64,000 nucleotides of DNA from Octopus sinensis (taxonomy: Eukaryota): positions 154,504,001 to 154,568,000 of the forward strand of contig NC_042997.1 in NCBI RefSeq assembly GCF_006345805.1, given 5' to 3'. The stretch's first letter is position 1. Every line of letters begins with the position of its first letter. Both the position numbers and the translations under genes were made by a program. This document shows positions 12,228-25,723 of this stretch, in pieces. Below the pieces are notes generated by a model. That model had not been told where the DNA came from, did not search any database, and saw nothing but the letters and a program-made list of their open reading frames with translations.

Positions 12228-13502
12228 CACACACACACAAACACACACACAAAAACACACATAAAAAACACATAAACACATATTGATACTGAAATATCAT
12301 TAGATTATCGTATCACGTTGCAATTGAAGTACCATCATACTATCATACGTTGTCTTTGAAGTACCGTTACATTGCGTATCATGACGGTACTGAAGTATCA
12401 CCAGATTGCCATATGTTGATATTGGAGTATCATTTGGATTCTTCATAAAGAGTAAATAGTTTATCGAAATAATCTTCGATATAAAATTAAATATTATTTT
12501 TAACATTATATGTCATGTTAAAACTGATGATAAGTATATGATGAAATTTCTTTCAGCTATGCTAATCCCATTTTTACCAAATAAGATACTCATGACAACA
12601 TTATTATACGCACTTCTTTTCTTTTTAAACAACTGAGTATAAGTTGATGGTGATTTGGTTGTTAATTCCAGCAGGTAGAATTGTTAGTTTGCATTGAAGG
12701 GAAATTAAGATTTTACAAAGGGATTGTGGTGGGTTGGAAAAATCGAACCAAATGCTTTACATTTTATATTCCAATTCCATATTCCGTCCTGGCCAGCTTA
12801 ACCTTTCATCCTTTCAGAGTCGATAACATTAAATATCAATCGAGCACTAGTATCGATATGATATCCCTCCACTAAATTTATGTCCTTACATCTGTTTTAG
12901 AAATTTATATTTTTACAAATGTACAAGGCTTAGATTTATTAGAAAAAGATAACGTGTGATCGTGGGATTTTCAATACTCTCTCCCCCTCTCTCTCTCAAA
13001 TAGAAGGGAAAAGCAATCACGGGTTAGATTTAGAAACCAGCCTCTACGTCATTTAAGAACGCTCTATCAAGAAAAATTAGATTTAAAGATAGCAGCTTAT
13101 AAACTCCATTGTTAACAGCAACACTGTCAGGGGTTTTCACAATATTAGCAAAGTTCAATTAAATTGTCAATCAAATTGTCAGTCAGTCTAACAATATCTT
13201 ATTGATTTCCAGTGTGCAATATGAGCACAGTAATTCTTCAGTTTATTAATGCATTGGAAGGAAAGAATCAGATGAGCACCGGACAGAATATCATGTGATA
13301 TTTAGTAACATCATTTTAGGTTATAGACCCACGTCCTGCCGTCTTTACGTTAGGAGTTCAAATTCCGTCGTTGTCGATTTTGCTTTTCGTCATTACGGAT
13401 CGATAAAATAAGTATTACTTGAGTATTGGAGTCAGTGAAATAGACATAGAACCCTCCCCTAAAATTGCTGGTCTTGTGCCAAAATTTGAAATCATTATTA
13501 TA

Positions 13503-13733
13503 TATTTCTTTACTACCCACAAGGGGCTAAACACAGAGGAGACAAACAAGGACAGACAAACGGATTAAGTCGATTACATCGACCCCAGTGCGTAACTGTT
13601 ACTTAATTTATCGATCCCGAAAGGATGAAAGGCAAAGTCGACCTCGGCGGAATTTGAACTCAGAACGTAACGGCAGACGAAATACGGCTACGCATTTCGC
13701 TCGACGTGCGAACGTTTCTGCCAGCTCGCCGCC
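13503..13733 (-). mobile_element. Young Deu/Nin-type SINE with 8-bp TSD
   Basis: Well-preserved head ggcggcgagctggcagaaacgtt on the minus strand; TTATTATA at 13495-13502 and 13734-13741; same subfamily as 18950-19325. Confidence 0.85.
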
Positions 13734-14075
13734 TTATTATAATCATGCTAAAGGTGGTGATCGTGCAGAGTCGTTAACGAGTCGAACAAAATGCTTAACA
13801 GCATTTCCTCCGGTTGAGATATGCTGACGATGTAGAACTGTTTTATGTTGCTGTTTATTGAAGTTCAAAATTTAAATACTTACATTTAAGATAGGGAAAC
13901 TGAAGAGAAAGTGGATTGTTTTCCCATGGCATGAAGGAAAAGTCCTTGCCTTTTCGATAAATGGAAAAGTTCTCGCCTTCGATAACAAAAGATGCTTATC
14001 GAGTTTTGGGAGTTGATTTATTTAACTGTTATCGCTATAAATTTGTGGCTTAGTACCAATGTTCAAAAGTAATAT

Positions 14076-14316
14076 CACACACACACACATACATACATAC
14101 ATACATACATACATACATACATACATACATACATACACACACACACATACATACATACATTCATACATACATACATGCATACTACATACATACATGCATT
14201 CATACATACATACATGCATTCATACATACATACATACATACATACATACATGCATGCATACATACATACATACATACATGCATGCATACATACATACATA
14301 CATACATACATACATG
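14076..14316. repeat. (CATA)n microsatellite
   Basis: Direct reading. Confidence 0.95.
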
Positions 14317-14329
14317 CACCAGTCACATA

Positions 14330-14660
14330 ACGTGACACCAAGGATAAGTGTCTTCTAGTATAGCCCGGGGCCAACCAAAGTCTTATGAGTGGATATGGTA
14401 GACGGAAACTGAAAGAAGCTCTGTATATGTAAACACTAATGGATGTGTGTCTTTGTATTTGCATTTGACTTCTACCACCGCTTGACAAGCAGTGATGGTC
14501 TATTTACGTCCACACAGTTGCGTTCGGCAAAAAGAGACGGAAAGAATAAGAACCGAGATTTTAAAAAAATGTACTGAGGTTGATTTGGTTGACTAATCTC
14601 TTCAAGGTAGTGCCCCAGCATGACCGCAGTGTAGGGACTGGAACAAATAAAAGATCAAAG
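14330..14660 (+). mobile_element. SINE, 5'-truncated (family with internal microsatellite and ccagcatg...gactgaaac tail)
   Basis: gtgtcttctagtatagcccggggccaaccaaag...ggtagacggaaactgaaagaag...gtgccccagcatgaccgcag. Confidence 0.8.
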
Positions 14661-14682
14661 AAATACATACAGATTATATGTA

Positions 14683-14890
14683 CGAGGAGATACTGAGAAG
14701 TTCCTGGCTTTAAGAGTGTCACAAAAGGCCTGGTTGAGGGCACTACCTTCCGAATTCTTTTGCAGGGCTTAGAAAAACTGAAGTTCCGCCGCAATACGTG
14801 CGTGAATCTGAGAGGAGTATATGTTGAGTAAAATCATAATTATCTGATCGTCCTGTATTTTCTTTTATCCAAAGCCAGGAACTTTTCAGT
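14683..14890 (+). mobile_element. Mariner-derived MITE, copy 2
   Basis: TA then cgaggagatactgagaagttcctggcttt TIR; internal QGLEKLKFRRNTCVNLRGVYVE resembles a mariner transposase C-terminus; right TIR truncated by (TA)n. Confidence 0.75.
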
Positions 14891-14899
14891 TATATATAT

Positions 14900-15193
14900 A
14901 TATCACGGGATCACGGGACCGACCAGACCATCAGGTGTTGTTACACATCGCTGGTCACAATGCGTTCGCATTGTTTTAGCCTTCAAATGACGCCACCCCG
15001 CTAGCTAAGCGAGCAGGCCAACAGAAGAAAGAGTGGTGAAAGAGTACAGCAGGGATCACCACCCCCTGCCGGAGCATCGTGGAGCTTTAGGTGTTTTCGC
15101 TCAATAAACACTCACAATGCCCGGTCTGGGAATCGAAACCGCGATCCTGCGACCGCGAGTCCGCTGCCCTAACCACTAGGCCATTGCGCCTCC
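14900..15193 (-). mobile_element. tRNA-derived SINE (head shared with 39460-39762, different tail)
   Basis: Minus strand ggaggcgcaatggcctagtggttagggcagcggactcgcggtcg...ggtttcgattccc (A and B boxes). Confidence 0.85.
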
Positions 15194-15207
15194 ACACACA
15201 CACACAC

Positions 15208-15268
<61 letters not shown>

Positions 15269-16822
15269 TGTGTGTGTGTGTGTGTGTTCCTGTACACACA
15301 TAAATAATTTTTGTTACATTAATCATTTATATTTTCGTGAATTTCTCCTACAATTTTGGATGTATCTGCGTCTTTACTAAGCAATTCGTGGGTGTTCTCT
15401 ACAGGCTAGAGAATTACGAGTTCTAAAAGAATTATCTGGAACTTGACACTTAATGTGCTTTGCTGTCCGGAAATCTTTTGAAAAATATCCTGAAAATAAA
15501 ACTTAATAAACTTCCAGATAAGCATATTCGTTTGGAAATCTAGCTACAAGTCATTCTTTGAAATTTATATAACCTCATAAATGTAATGTGTTTGTTATAA
15601 TGTACAAACACTATAAATTTAACAGAATAAGTAGTTATGGATTTATTAAAAGCTATAAACTATAAATTTTTTAAAACATTGAAGGAAAAGAATATTCTTA
15701 ATAAAATAAGAAAGGAAGTCTTAAAATTGATATCAAGACATATTCCGTATCATTAAGGATAATGAAAGGAAATATATAATAGGAAAAGTCTTAAAATAGT
15801 TATTAATACACTACCTACCTTACCTCCAGTTGTGATAGCTTCCAGCTTTGCTATCTTTTTAAGGCCACCAACGAATTACTAATATCAAATTATTTATCTT
15901 GAAACATTGCATATATAACAACATTCAGTTAACTTTAATGTCGTTTGAATTCAGTTTGCGTATTTGTGAGACGGTGCTTTGCTGACAAACAATAAAAATA
16001 GCATACTTTAAATTCCATTTAGAATATAAGATATGAAAACACTTGTGTTGTTCGAAATGTAACTGTTTACATATAAAACTAATTATATATTCTTCAGTGA
16101 ACATTCTAATTCAATATTTAAATAAGTGAAATAAATCGATCACTAAATATTTTATAACAGTTAGACAACAGACGCTTAGTTCGCTCAACATTTATCTCTC
16201 TCTCTCCCCCTCTCTCACTCTTTTATATTTACTGATTAACTTGCTACTTTGCCTATCCCGCTATCGATCAACTCAAACTCTATCTCTAACACACACACAC
16301 ACTCTGTCTGTCTGTCTCTGTCTGTCTGTCTGTCTGTCTATCTCTCTCTCTCTCTCTGTCTCTCTGTCTCTCTCTCTCTCTATCTCTCTCTCTCTATCGT
16401 CCAATGCTACTAGCTTTAATGCAGCTTCTTGTCCTAACTCGATCCTGGTTCATTTACAGTAGGTGTTTCTAGGTGATAATGATACTAAATTCCCAGTAAC
16501 TATCAAGTTCAAGTAATTAATATTTAAGTGTCATCACTAACATACTCGTAAGTCGTGAATTTTATTCTATTTAATTGATCTATGTGTTCTAAGATGACAG
16601 TACAAGCCTATTCTTTATCTAAAAGAATCCTAGCGACGTGGAAGTGATAATAGGAATGCAGCCGAGTCTAAGAGAACTTGTTGAGTTGCTTCCCTCCATC
16701 GACTGCTTCTTATGTCAACCTTATATTTACACTTACTTTCAAAGATATCGCGCCCAATGTAGTACTTTCTCCTTTAGAGTTAACGATCAAATGCATCAAT
16801 CATCCACGGGGAAACGCTAATA

Positions 16823-17990
16823 GGGGAGACCGGATCTAGTTGTTACACGGCTAAGTTGTTACAAGCCCATTGTTTCCAACTTCAAGAAATAGGTGGCACT
16901 CGGGTCTCTACCTCTTGAAGGCCAACTCCATAGCATCATGAATGCACATGTGCATTGCACTGGTGGGCTGTCACCAGGAAAGGTATGGCTCAAAAACGAT
17001 ATTTTTACTCCAAAAGTGAAATTTTGCCACAAAGTTATTTCCTTAACTACTAAAGCACAAGTGGTGTTACTGAAGTAGTTTATGGCTCATTAGGAAGTGT
17101 TAGAAGTTGCCTTCGATACATGAAGGTGTGTCCTGGATGCCATGCATTGCTGGTACTGTGTACGAGGTAATCCCCAGAAATCCATGGTTGGGGCTAATTG
17201 TTACAGTGTATCAACTTACCCCTTCTATTTCAGTTTAACACGCTATGCCTAGAAATTACAAAAGGAAGACTACAAGGGGAGATATCCCTCCTGATGTCAT
17301 GGAAAGAGCCGACAGAAAAGTTGTGGATGAAAAGAAATTATTACGGGATGTTGCCGTAAAACGGCGCATAGTGGATGAAATAAACGAAAGGAAATCCAAA
17401 CCAAAAAAGGCAACAAAGGGGAAGGGAAAGTCAACTAAAACAGGTAAAGGCAAAGGGAAGCAACCTCGCAGCAAGCAAGTCACCGATTGGAAATGCCTTG
17501 TCTGCTCAGATTGGTATTCCAACTCTCTTCCAGGTGAAGACTGTACAATGCATGATCTGTAAAGTCTAGGCACACACTGACTCTACCGATGGACGACAGG
17601 ACTTTCTGTGTGATCTGTGTGGTGAGAAGTTAATGGAGAACGATTCCGATTAGATGGCACATGTAATAATGGGGAAATTGGCTGATGAGGACTCTCAGTA
17701 TCACAATTAGGATATGAGATAGTTCAAAGCACAGTTAATAATACTTCCTAGGTGCTTGAAGCAGGAGACGTATTCATTTTAAACTTGTTTGTTAACACCC
17801 CGCACTCGGGGAAAATTGTTACAGCTGACACCACCTCATTAATTAGAACCTGTCTAGCTAATGTTATGTCATTTCTGTTTTTTTTTGTTGGTGATAACAA
17901 TAAATAGAGATCTAATTAAATCTGAAAGTAAACTTTAGCTGTGTTCATTTATGTGGGTGCCAAGGCAAAAAAAAATTTTGAATTCAGGGC
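16823..17990 (+). mobile_element. Internally deleted pogo-like (Tc1/mariner superfamily) DNA transposon with HTH start and PHD finger
   Basis: TA|GGGGAGACCGG end with repeated ttgttaca subterminal motifs. ORF 17245 MPRNYKRKTTRGDIPPDVMERA... continues to C-LV-C...GED(fs)VQCMICKV*AHTDS...FLCDLC, ending at 17653. No DDE domain; right TIR not found. Confidence 0.7.
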
Positions 17991-18049
17991 ACTAGAAAGG
18001 CATTATAATTGAATAGATGATGCAGTTTATATAGTCTCTCTCTGTTCAT

Positions 18050-20720
18050 TGGTGTTCTAATCGTAGGAAAAACTCAAAGCTTAGTCTTCTGCCTTAGTAC
18101 CAATTTCCACCAGTAGAATGTTTCACTGACCTGGTCAGGTTTAAAGGGACGATCCTAGATAATGACCGCTACAGATATTTTAGCGTAGGGAAGCCATTTT
18201 GGCCGATACGAGGTATCTTTTATCATAATCAGGTTTTTAGCTCGAAGATGAGTAAGGCATAAACCTTAAAAAAGAATTCTCAGAAAACCCTATTTGGAAG
18301 ATACTTTGGTTTCTTGGGTTAGATTTTTCTATTCCTCTGAACTATTATGAAAACACTACACCTATTACACAATTAAGTTATTAAGGTATATGATATGACG
18401 AGTCACCGAACACCTTTGGCTTCTTTCAGTCAAGCAAACTGATCCTTTTTTTTCGATCAATATCGCCTACACGATTCACCTTGCGTCCTACTGTACAACA
18501 AATGCTGACCCCAAATCTTCTGCGATAGATAAGCCGTAGCCAAAGCCATCATCCGTATTAAGTCATCTGTAAAGTGGTTTACACAAAACTGTGCTGCACC
18601 GACTGAAGCAAAGAACATTGCTGAAGTCAGCCACTCTTATTTGAGCAGAAGTAATGTCTTCAAGACTACAATAAAAATAATAAAGAGTGTCTTCTAGCAC
18701 TTCCCATCTTACAAATTTTCCAAATTTCAGGAGACTCTGTCGACTCCTTGCTCCTCTATTAACTTTGTAGACGCCTCCTACCTTCTACATGTCAATCATG
18801 ATCTATTTCCACAACACAAATTTTCCTAAATTCTCCTTTTCAACATCACCAGTAAACATAGAGACCGTATTAGTAGTTTTACCTCGAGTACAAAGAGTAA
18901 CCAAATCTCCGGCCGTTTGATGAATGGTCTTGACGGTGTCTCTAACATTAGGCGGCGAGCTGGCAGAAACGTTAGCACGCCGGGTGAAATGCTTAGCGGT
19001 ATTTCGTCTGCCGTTACGTTCTGAGTTCAAATTCCGCCGAGGTCGACTTTCATCCTTTTGGGGTCGATAAATTAAGTATCAGTTACGCACTGGGGTAGAT
19101 GTAATCGACTTAATCCGTTTGTCTGTCCTTGTTTGTCCCTTCTGTGTTTAGCCCCTTGTAGGTAGTAAAGAAATCGGTATTTCGACCATCGCTACGTTCT
19201 GAGTTCAAATTCCGTCGAGGTCGACTTTGCCTTTCATCCTTTAGGGGTCGATAAATTAAGTACCAGTGAATAGACTAGTCCCCACGCCCCAAATTTCAGG
19301 CCTTGTGCTTTGAATAGAAAACATAAAAGATTATTATTAAATAGTGCGACTCAGAACTAACTTCTAATTAATATTTATCCCGCTACAGTATTTTAATCTG
19401 AGATTTATCTTAATATTTGAAAGCATGTCATAGTGAGCTCCATACCCATGAGGACAATCATTTTCACTTTGCTAACACGAACAATTACTGCTGTTCCCCA
19501 AACCCCAAAATCGATGAAAACACTTATAAGTAATCATCTTTATCAATGGTATTAGGCCTCTTATTTTTCATTAGTTGGCTTTGTGGATCTAGATCAACTT
19601 GTCATGTCGTTCACCAATGGTTGTCTTTTTCATACGAGTACTGCAGTAAAAATAATGTTGCACTCGAACATCAGTAGACGGTGTCTGTTATTAGACTCCT
19701 TTATCCAAGTTGCTCGCTTATAGCTCAAACATATCTCACATGTATTCAATCGGAACTCTCTTGTTAGACCACACCATTATACCATGTGCTTCTGCGAGCT
19801 CTAACTGAATCGTACTTTATTGACTCAGGTGTATCCTAAGATGTGTTAATTCTCCCACACTCATAATTCTGACCATTTGAACTACTTTTTTGTTCTTTCT
19901 AACAAGATATTCTTCTGTACAGATGACGCGAGTATACACTTTTCATTAACTTTCTGTACGAAGCTATAATCCAAATTAAATATACCTTTCGTCTAATCTA
20001 CATTTGCCTTCATGAACAGAGATTTCGGAAGCATCCACTAAGGGAGACATTATAACACAGTTACTTTCAACAAAACGAAAACACTATCACTATACATATC
20101 AAGGAAACTGTTATCTAACTGAGCCTCTACAAATAAGCAGCACAATTTCATAAAATCTCTACAAATACTTGACGTTATAATATCAGATAATTTCTCATAT
20201 ATATAGACTCGCCAAAATTACGCCTCTATTTTAATGGTCAAATCATTTTTCTTTGAGTAGTCACTGACCCTCTACGAAGATCAGGTACGATACATATATT
20301 TATGGACGGTTTTCCTGTTACACAAACAAATATCCAATACCTCATCCAAAAGAAAGCGAACCAACAGATCGACACAGATTCGATCCTCAATAACCTAAAA
20401 CAACTTGGCTCACAGATGCACTGTTTCTTCTCACCGTCTTGTCTACTACTGCTGTTTTTCCAGACTAGCAAGCAACATGCTACCTTCACTGAAGACAATC
20501 TAATCGTATATCTTACCGTCTCCTCCCTCGATGTCACATGAAATATACCTGTCGCTTTCTTTCCTAGATGGATATGCAATCCTCTCCTCTCTCTCGTATT
20601 TCTTGCAAACATTGACCTAAAGTGTTCAAATTGAATATCATCTATATCAAAATGTTTTACCAGTCTCGGGGAATATACAAAGGACACAGGGACTGCTCTC
20701 TTCTCACTGACAATTGGAAA
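18050..20720 (+). mobile_element. Heavily decayed CR1/L2-group LINE reverse transcriptase region, interrupted by a SINE
   Basis: Ordered degraded motifs: WFTQNCAA, GLDGVSNI/IIK*CDSEL (GPDGI..LK.CAPEL), GF/GSRST, IDSGVS* (SGVPQG), FCTDD (YADD), FNKTKT, YEDQVR, IQKKA, LAHR, SFFPR-like. Confidence 0.7.
18950..19325 (+). mobile_element. Young Deu/Nin-type SINE (internally duplicated form) inserted in the LINE
   Basis: ggcggcgagctggcagaaacgttagcacgccggg head; the gagttcaaattccg..gaggtcgacttt...ggggtcgataaattaagt core occurs twice. Confidence 0.9.
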
Positions 20721-22360
20721 CAATGTAAATGGAAGAAATATGTATCTAAATGCTTTTTTTTTTATCACTATAGCAATTTTCTAAAAATATAAGAAAGTCT
20801 GTAGCTGACAAAAAAAATTAAAAGACATTTATCTAACACATATTGCGTTTTATAAAAACAGAATTTATTGTAGGTTGTAAGTTTTATAAACATATTACAT
20901 TTCCTTAAATATAGCTGTCATACTATTGTGGCTGTTGAGTTGCTTAGAGAGATATGATATCGAATAGTAGAATAAATTTTTTGATAACAAAAGATAAATT
21001 TGTTTTGGTAATCACAGCATCAAGCGGACTTCAAAAGAATTTCGCTGCCAGATTTCTCAGACACAGTATATTTATTTCGTCAAATACAATAAAATACAAT
21101 AGGTGCCATTCATGTGTTACTGAAGTTGCATTAAAATGAGATTATAAATCATGGAACTGCATGCTATTTTGATTGTATCTATTATAATTAATACAACACT
21201 CTTATTCCTTGATTTACATCTTCCGTAAGTCTCAGAATCGATAATAAAATTCTAAGCAACGAAGAAATCATTTATGTTAAAATGTAAACAGTTCATTTCA
21301 ACACTGCCAGTTAGATTCAGACGATTTTTTCCACAGGAAAAGAAAAAACTTCTTTTCAACTAAATTCGTATAAAATTTTAAATATTTTATGTATTGAAAA
21401 TAAATACGAGGCTGCGTTTATAGAAATAAATCTCTGGTTTGTAGTAATTTTTTGCTATTTCTACGAAGCATGTAATTCTAATATTTTAAAAGAAAAGAAA
21501 GTTGCCTCTCAATGGTTTTAGTTGCTTTTCGAATAGAAAACTCTGTTCAACCGGAAATTAAAAGCAAATTTTTACATCAGTTAGCCGGAGGTTTAACACC
21601 TGCTTTGAAGAAAATCAACAAGAAGTTTTATGATTAATGGGTAAATTACCTTTATTCCACACTTATTTGAATAAACTCTGCTAACCATTACATTCGAAAT
21701 ATGTTTGAATATTTCAATAATTTAGCTTATGGAAGGCTTTTAATGGCTCTCGTTATTTTGGTAAAATACCCTTCAATAGCCCAGATAATTAAAAGAGAGG
21801 CTATCATATATAATTCTAACATATATCAGAATCAGCGGATATATTAAATGCGATGACTAATATATAATTGTATTTTCCAGTAATAATGCAGATGACCAAA
21901 ATGACTATTTTGAAGTCTTCCATCTTCAAAAAATCTTTGAAGATGAAGTCTATATGTTGTTGATTTGATGTAAATGTGCAAGAATGAAGGGTTGAATGGC
22001 AGAATAGTCGTATTTAAGGTGGGCATATACTTATTATCGATACAAATGAGGTGATATAAATAATGTCAAACCGGGTTTGGAACGGAATCCCAAATGTACC
22101 TCACAGAAGGAAATTACAATCCAATAAGATCATAACTTCTCGCGAAGCATGTTTTCTAGAGTTGAAATGAGGTGTCACCTTTATTTCTGCAACTGACATT
22201 CGTTTGAGACGTTTTCCAATATCATATACAATACTGCATGTATAAAAAGAATCCTCAACCCACTGACTCAAAGAAGTTGAAGGATGACAGTTTATGCAAA
22301 ACGTACAAGATAACACATAAACATTATACATACATACATGAAAACACACACACACACACA

Positions 22361-22430
<70 letters not shown>

Positions 22431-23133
22431 AATAAAAATATATATTGTGTCTCGTTGCTATGAAACTTTTGAAGGAAAATCTTTATGATTATGGTACGTG
22501 TAATTATTATTTTCATTGTGAATGTGAATGCGTTGATGGATAAGTTTCGTATGGTAGCAGAACATCCATGGCTCTTCATTCGACTCAAAAGATCAGACAT
22601 CGTTGATTAGGTATTATGTTTCTCAACATCTTTTTGGCGGTTTCAGTGTCAGATGTGTCAAGTGTCGTCGATCAGTAGAATTGGTAGAGCGATGAACAAA
22701 ATTCTTTGTATCATATAGTTACTTCTCTTAACATTCTAGTTTAAATTCTGTCGACATCAACTTTACCTTGGGGTGGAGTGATAATCAATAAAATGCCAAG
22801 GAAATACGGAGTTATTGTGAATTTATGCTCATATCGGAAGTCCGTATTGAATGTAAAGCTGATTAAAACATCTTGAAGATGTTAATACTGAACTGAGACA
22901 TTTAATTTGAAGAATTAGACACCAAAATTTACTCCTATCCTTCTTCTTCAATACCGAAAACCACTTCACATTTATATATTCCACACAAACATTGATCTGC
23001 AAAAGTTCAAATTGTCTATTATTTATATTAATACTAGCCAGATGTTTCTAAACTGTAGTTTCAGAGAAATTGGAAAAGCGACAAGAGTTTCATGAATTTC
23101 TGACTAAACTAAAAACAGTAAAAACATTTGCAT

Positions 23134-23400
23134 TCATATCTACAATTTCATACATGGTACTTTTCATATCTACCACTTGGTACTTTTCATGTCTACCGCT
23201 GATATTCTTTATATCTACCTATTGGTACACTTCATATCTGCCTATTGATACTCTTCATATTTGCTTATTGATAATCTTCATATCTACGTATAGGTACTCT
23301 TCGTATTTACCACTTGGTACTCTTCTTAAGTACTTATTGGTACTCTTTATATCTACCTATTAGGTACTCCTCATATCTACTACTTGAAATCATTCATAGT
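23134..23400. repeat. Minisatellite, ~23-bp unit (tacctattggtactcttcatatc), about 11 degenerate copies
   Basis: Contiguous units, no spacers. Confidence 0.85.
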
Positions 23401-24958
23401 TGCAAATCTAGGACATTGCAACTCTTCTATGCCTTTTAAAATATTATTTGGAGCAGCCACAGATTCAAATGTCTCCTTCACTGAAAGTTTATTTGACATT
23501 AAGTATTATTGGAAACTTATGAAATCTTTAGGCACATTCATAAAAATATTGATGTGAAAATCTCCAGCAATAGATTGAAAATTTAATGCAACTATGGATT
23601 AATTAATCAATGAAAACAAAGAAACAAACAAAAAAAAAACAGAATTGATTCTAGCGACAGATGACATAAAATCCATTTGGTCAAATAGTTATACTTTGAG
23701 CACACTCAGTCATACACAGACACTTACGCATGCATGAAATAACGGCTAAAATATAATGATAATGATATCAGACAATTTTGTACATCTGCTTATTGATTTT
23801 TTCACGACTACTTTCATTAGTATAATAAATGACAATGCATCACTGACGGGACCATTATAAGAACAAAATATACCCGGAGTTGTGCCATACAGATTTTCTA
23901 TTTAATTTAGTAGTTTGTGCAGTAGGTATGTACAAAAGTTTTTCTTGTTGCTTAATGGAGCAGCGATATGATCGAAGTGATTTTAGCTGTTCACCAGGCA
24001 ATCTTTTATATAACATATAGAACTACATTATCCAATGTTTACCATCTCTTTTTAAAGAGAGAAAAGAGTGATTTATGAAAAATTGGCACTTATTTCTAGC
24101 CAGCCAAGCGGCCTAGTAGATAACCCCTCATTGACTCGTAGTTGTTCAAGTTCATTGTTACTGATGTATGTGAGGAATACGAATTCACCTGTTGTATTTG
24201 ACGGGCGCCGTATTCTGAATTGTAATGATTATAAGACCTCTGTTATGCAGTAACTGTAGCTTTATTCATAGTTCCACATAATTTAATGAGTTTTATGGTT
24301 TTATACTTAAAATATTTCGTTATACTATCCACAAACGTGTTATTAGAGTTGCGATTAACTACGCCAAATCTGATTGAATTAACATCAGGTTGGCGCGTAT
24401 AAAATATACTCTTTGGCGAAATGATTTATTAATTGAAATGTTTTATATAACTGGAATAATTATAATAATTTAGTTTACTATAAAGGCTAGCGGCTTTAGC
24501 GAAAACGGTGATATTTATGCGTTGGTGTATATAATAATATATAGTGGAAACCTACCACTTTACAGATTACTCTGTGCGTAGAATTTTCCAGGGAAGAGTT
24601 TTAATCAAGTGTGACTTGCTAGTACCATTTCAGTTGCACATACTCTGAATAATATCTTTATTAATATATATCAGAAAGCTTGATAGCGTAAAGTGGTTTG
24701 ATATAATGCATGTACAATGGTGATATCTATGATAGATTGAAGTTGAACATATACAAAATTAAGAAAAGTATGTATGTACATATGCATGCATGTATGTATG
24801 TGTGTGTATGCGTGTGCATGCATATAAGTGTATGTGTATGTGACTGTGAGTGTGTGTGTGTGTGTGTACATGTTGGAATGTATACATGCATATATATTTA
24901 TATACATATTTATATACGTATGTATATAAGTAGGTGTGCATGAGTGTATAAATATACA

Positions 24959-25046
<88 letters not shown>

Positions 25047-25047
25047 A

Positions 25048-25088
<41 letters not shown>

Positions 25089-25090
<2 letters not shown>

Positions 25091-25664
25091 AATATCTGTA
25101 GATATATACACACTTTTATGTATGTACGTATATGTATACACGTATACATATAATATTAATGTATATATACAAAAATATGTAAATATATACATGTGTGTGT
25201 ATGTGAGTATAATAGCAAAACTGAAACAGGATATTTTACAATTTATATAAATTATTGGAGCAAAATAAACCATAACGACACTTAAGCGTTAGAATAACTT
25301 ATTTCCTAATAGGGAGGGGAAACAACAACAATAACAAAAAACAACAACAAAACAATAACCAATCAATAGTTATGTGAATTTAACTCTGTCAACCACACCT
25401 GACTACTTGCTTGTATGTAGCGTTCGTGATATAAAATATCTAAACAGGCAATCATATAACGGATTGCATGGTATTGGGCAAGATAACATTTATTCTGTCT
25501 CAAGCCTCCAGAAAGAGAAAGAGAGAGATTGAGTAACAAAGGGATATAGGCAGAGACAAAGAGAAGGGAACTTTACCAGCTGGATGTTACAATACAATGC
25601 ATGTATGTATATAGTGTGTGTGTTTCTACATGTGTATGTATACATATCATATCATATATATATA

Positions 25665-25723
<59 letters not shown>

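Noticed and set aside
20238-20768. 176-aa minus-strand ORF
   Set aside because: Antisense to the decayed LINE C-terminal region.
21914-21950. Hairpin catcttcaaa-aaatc-tttgaagatg as a pre-miRNA
   Set aside because: Stem of at most ~16 bp with a 5-nt loop is too short for a miRNA precursor.
23134-23400. CRISPR-like periodicity (also 12281-12445)
   Set aside because: Units are contiguous and mutually similar, with no unique spacers and no cas genes; the context is eukaryotic.
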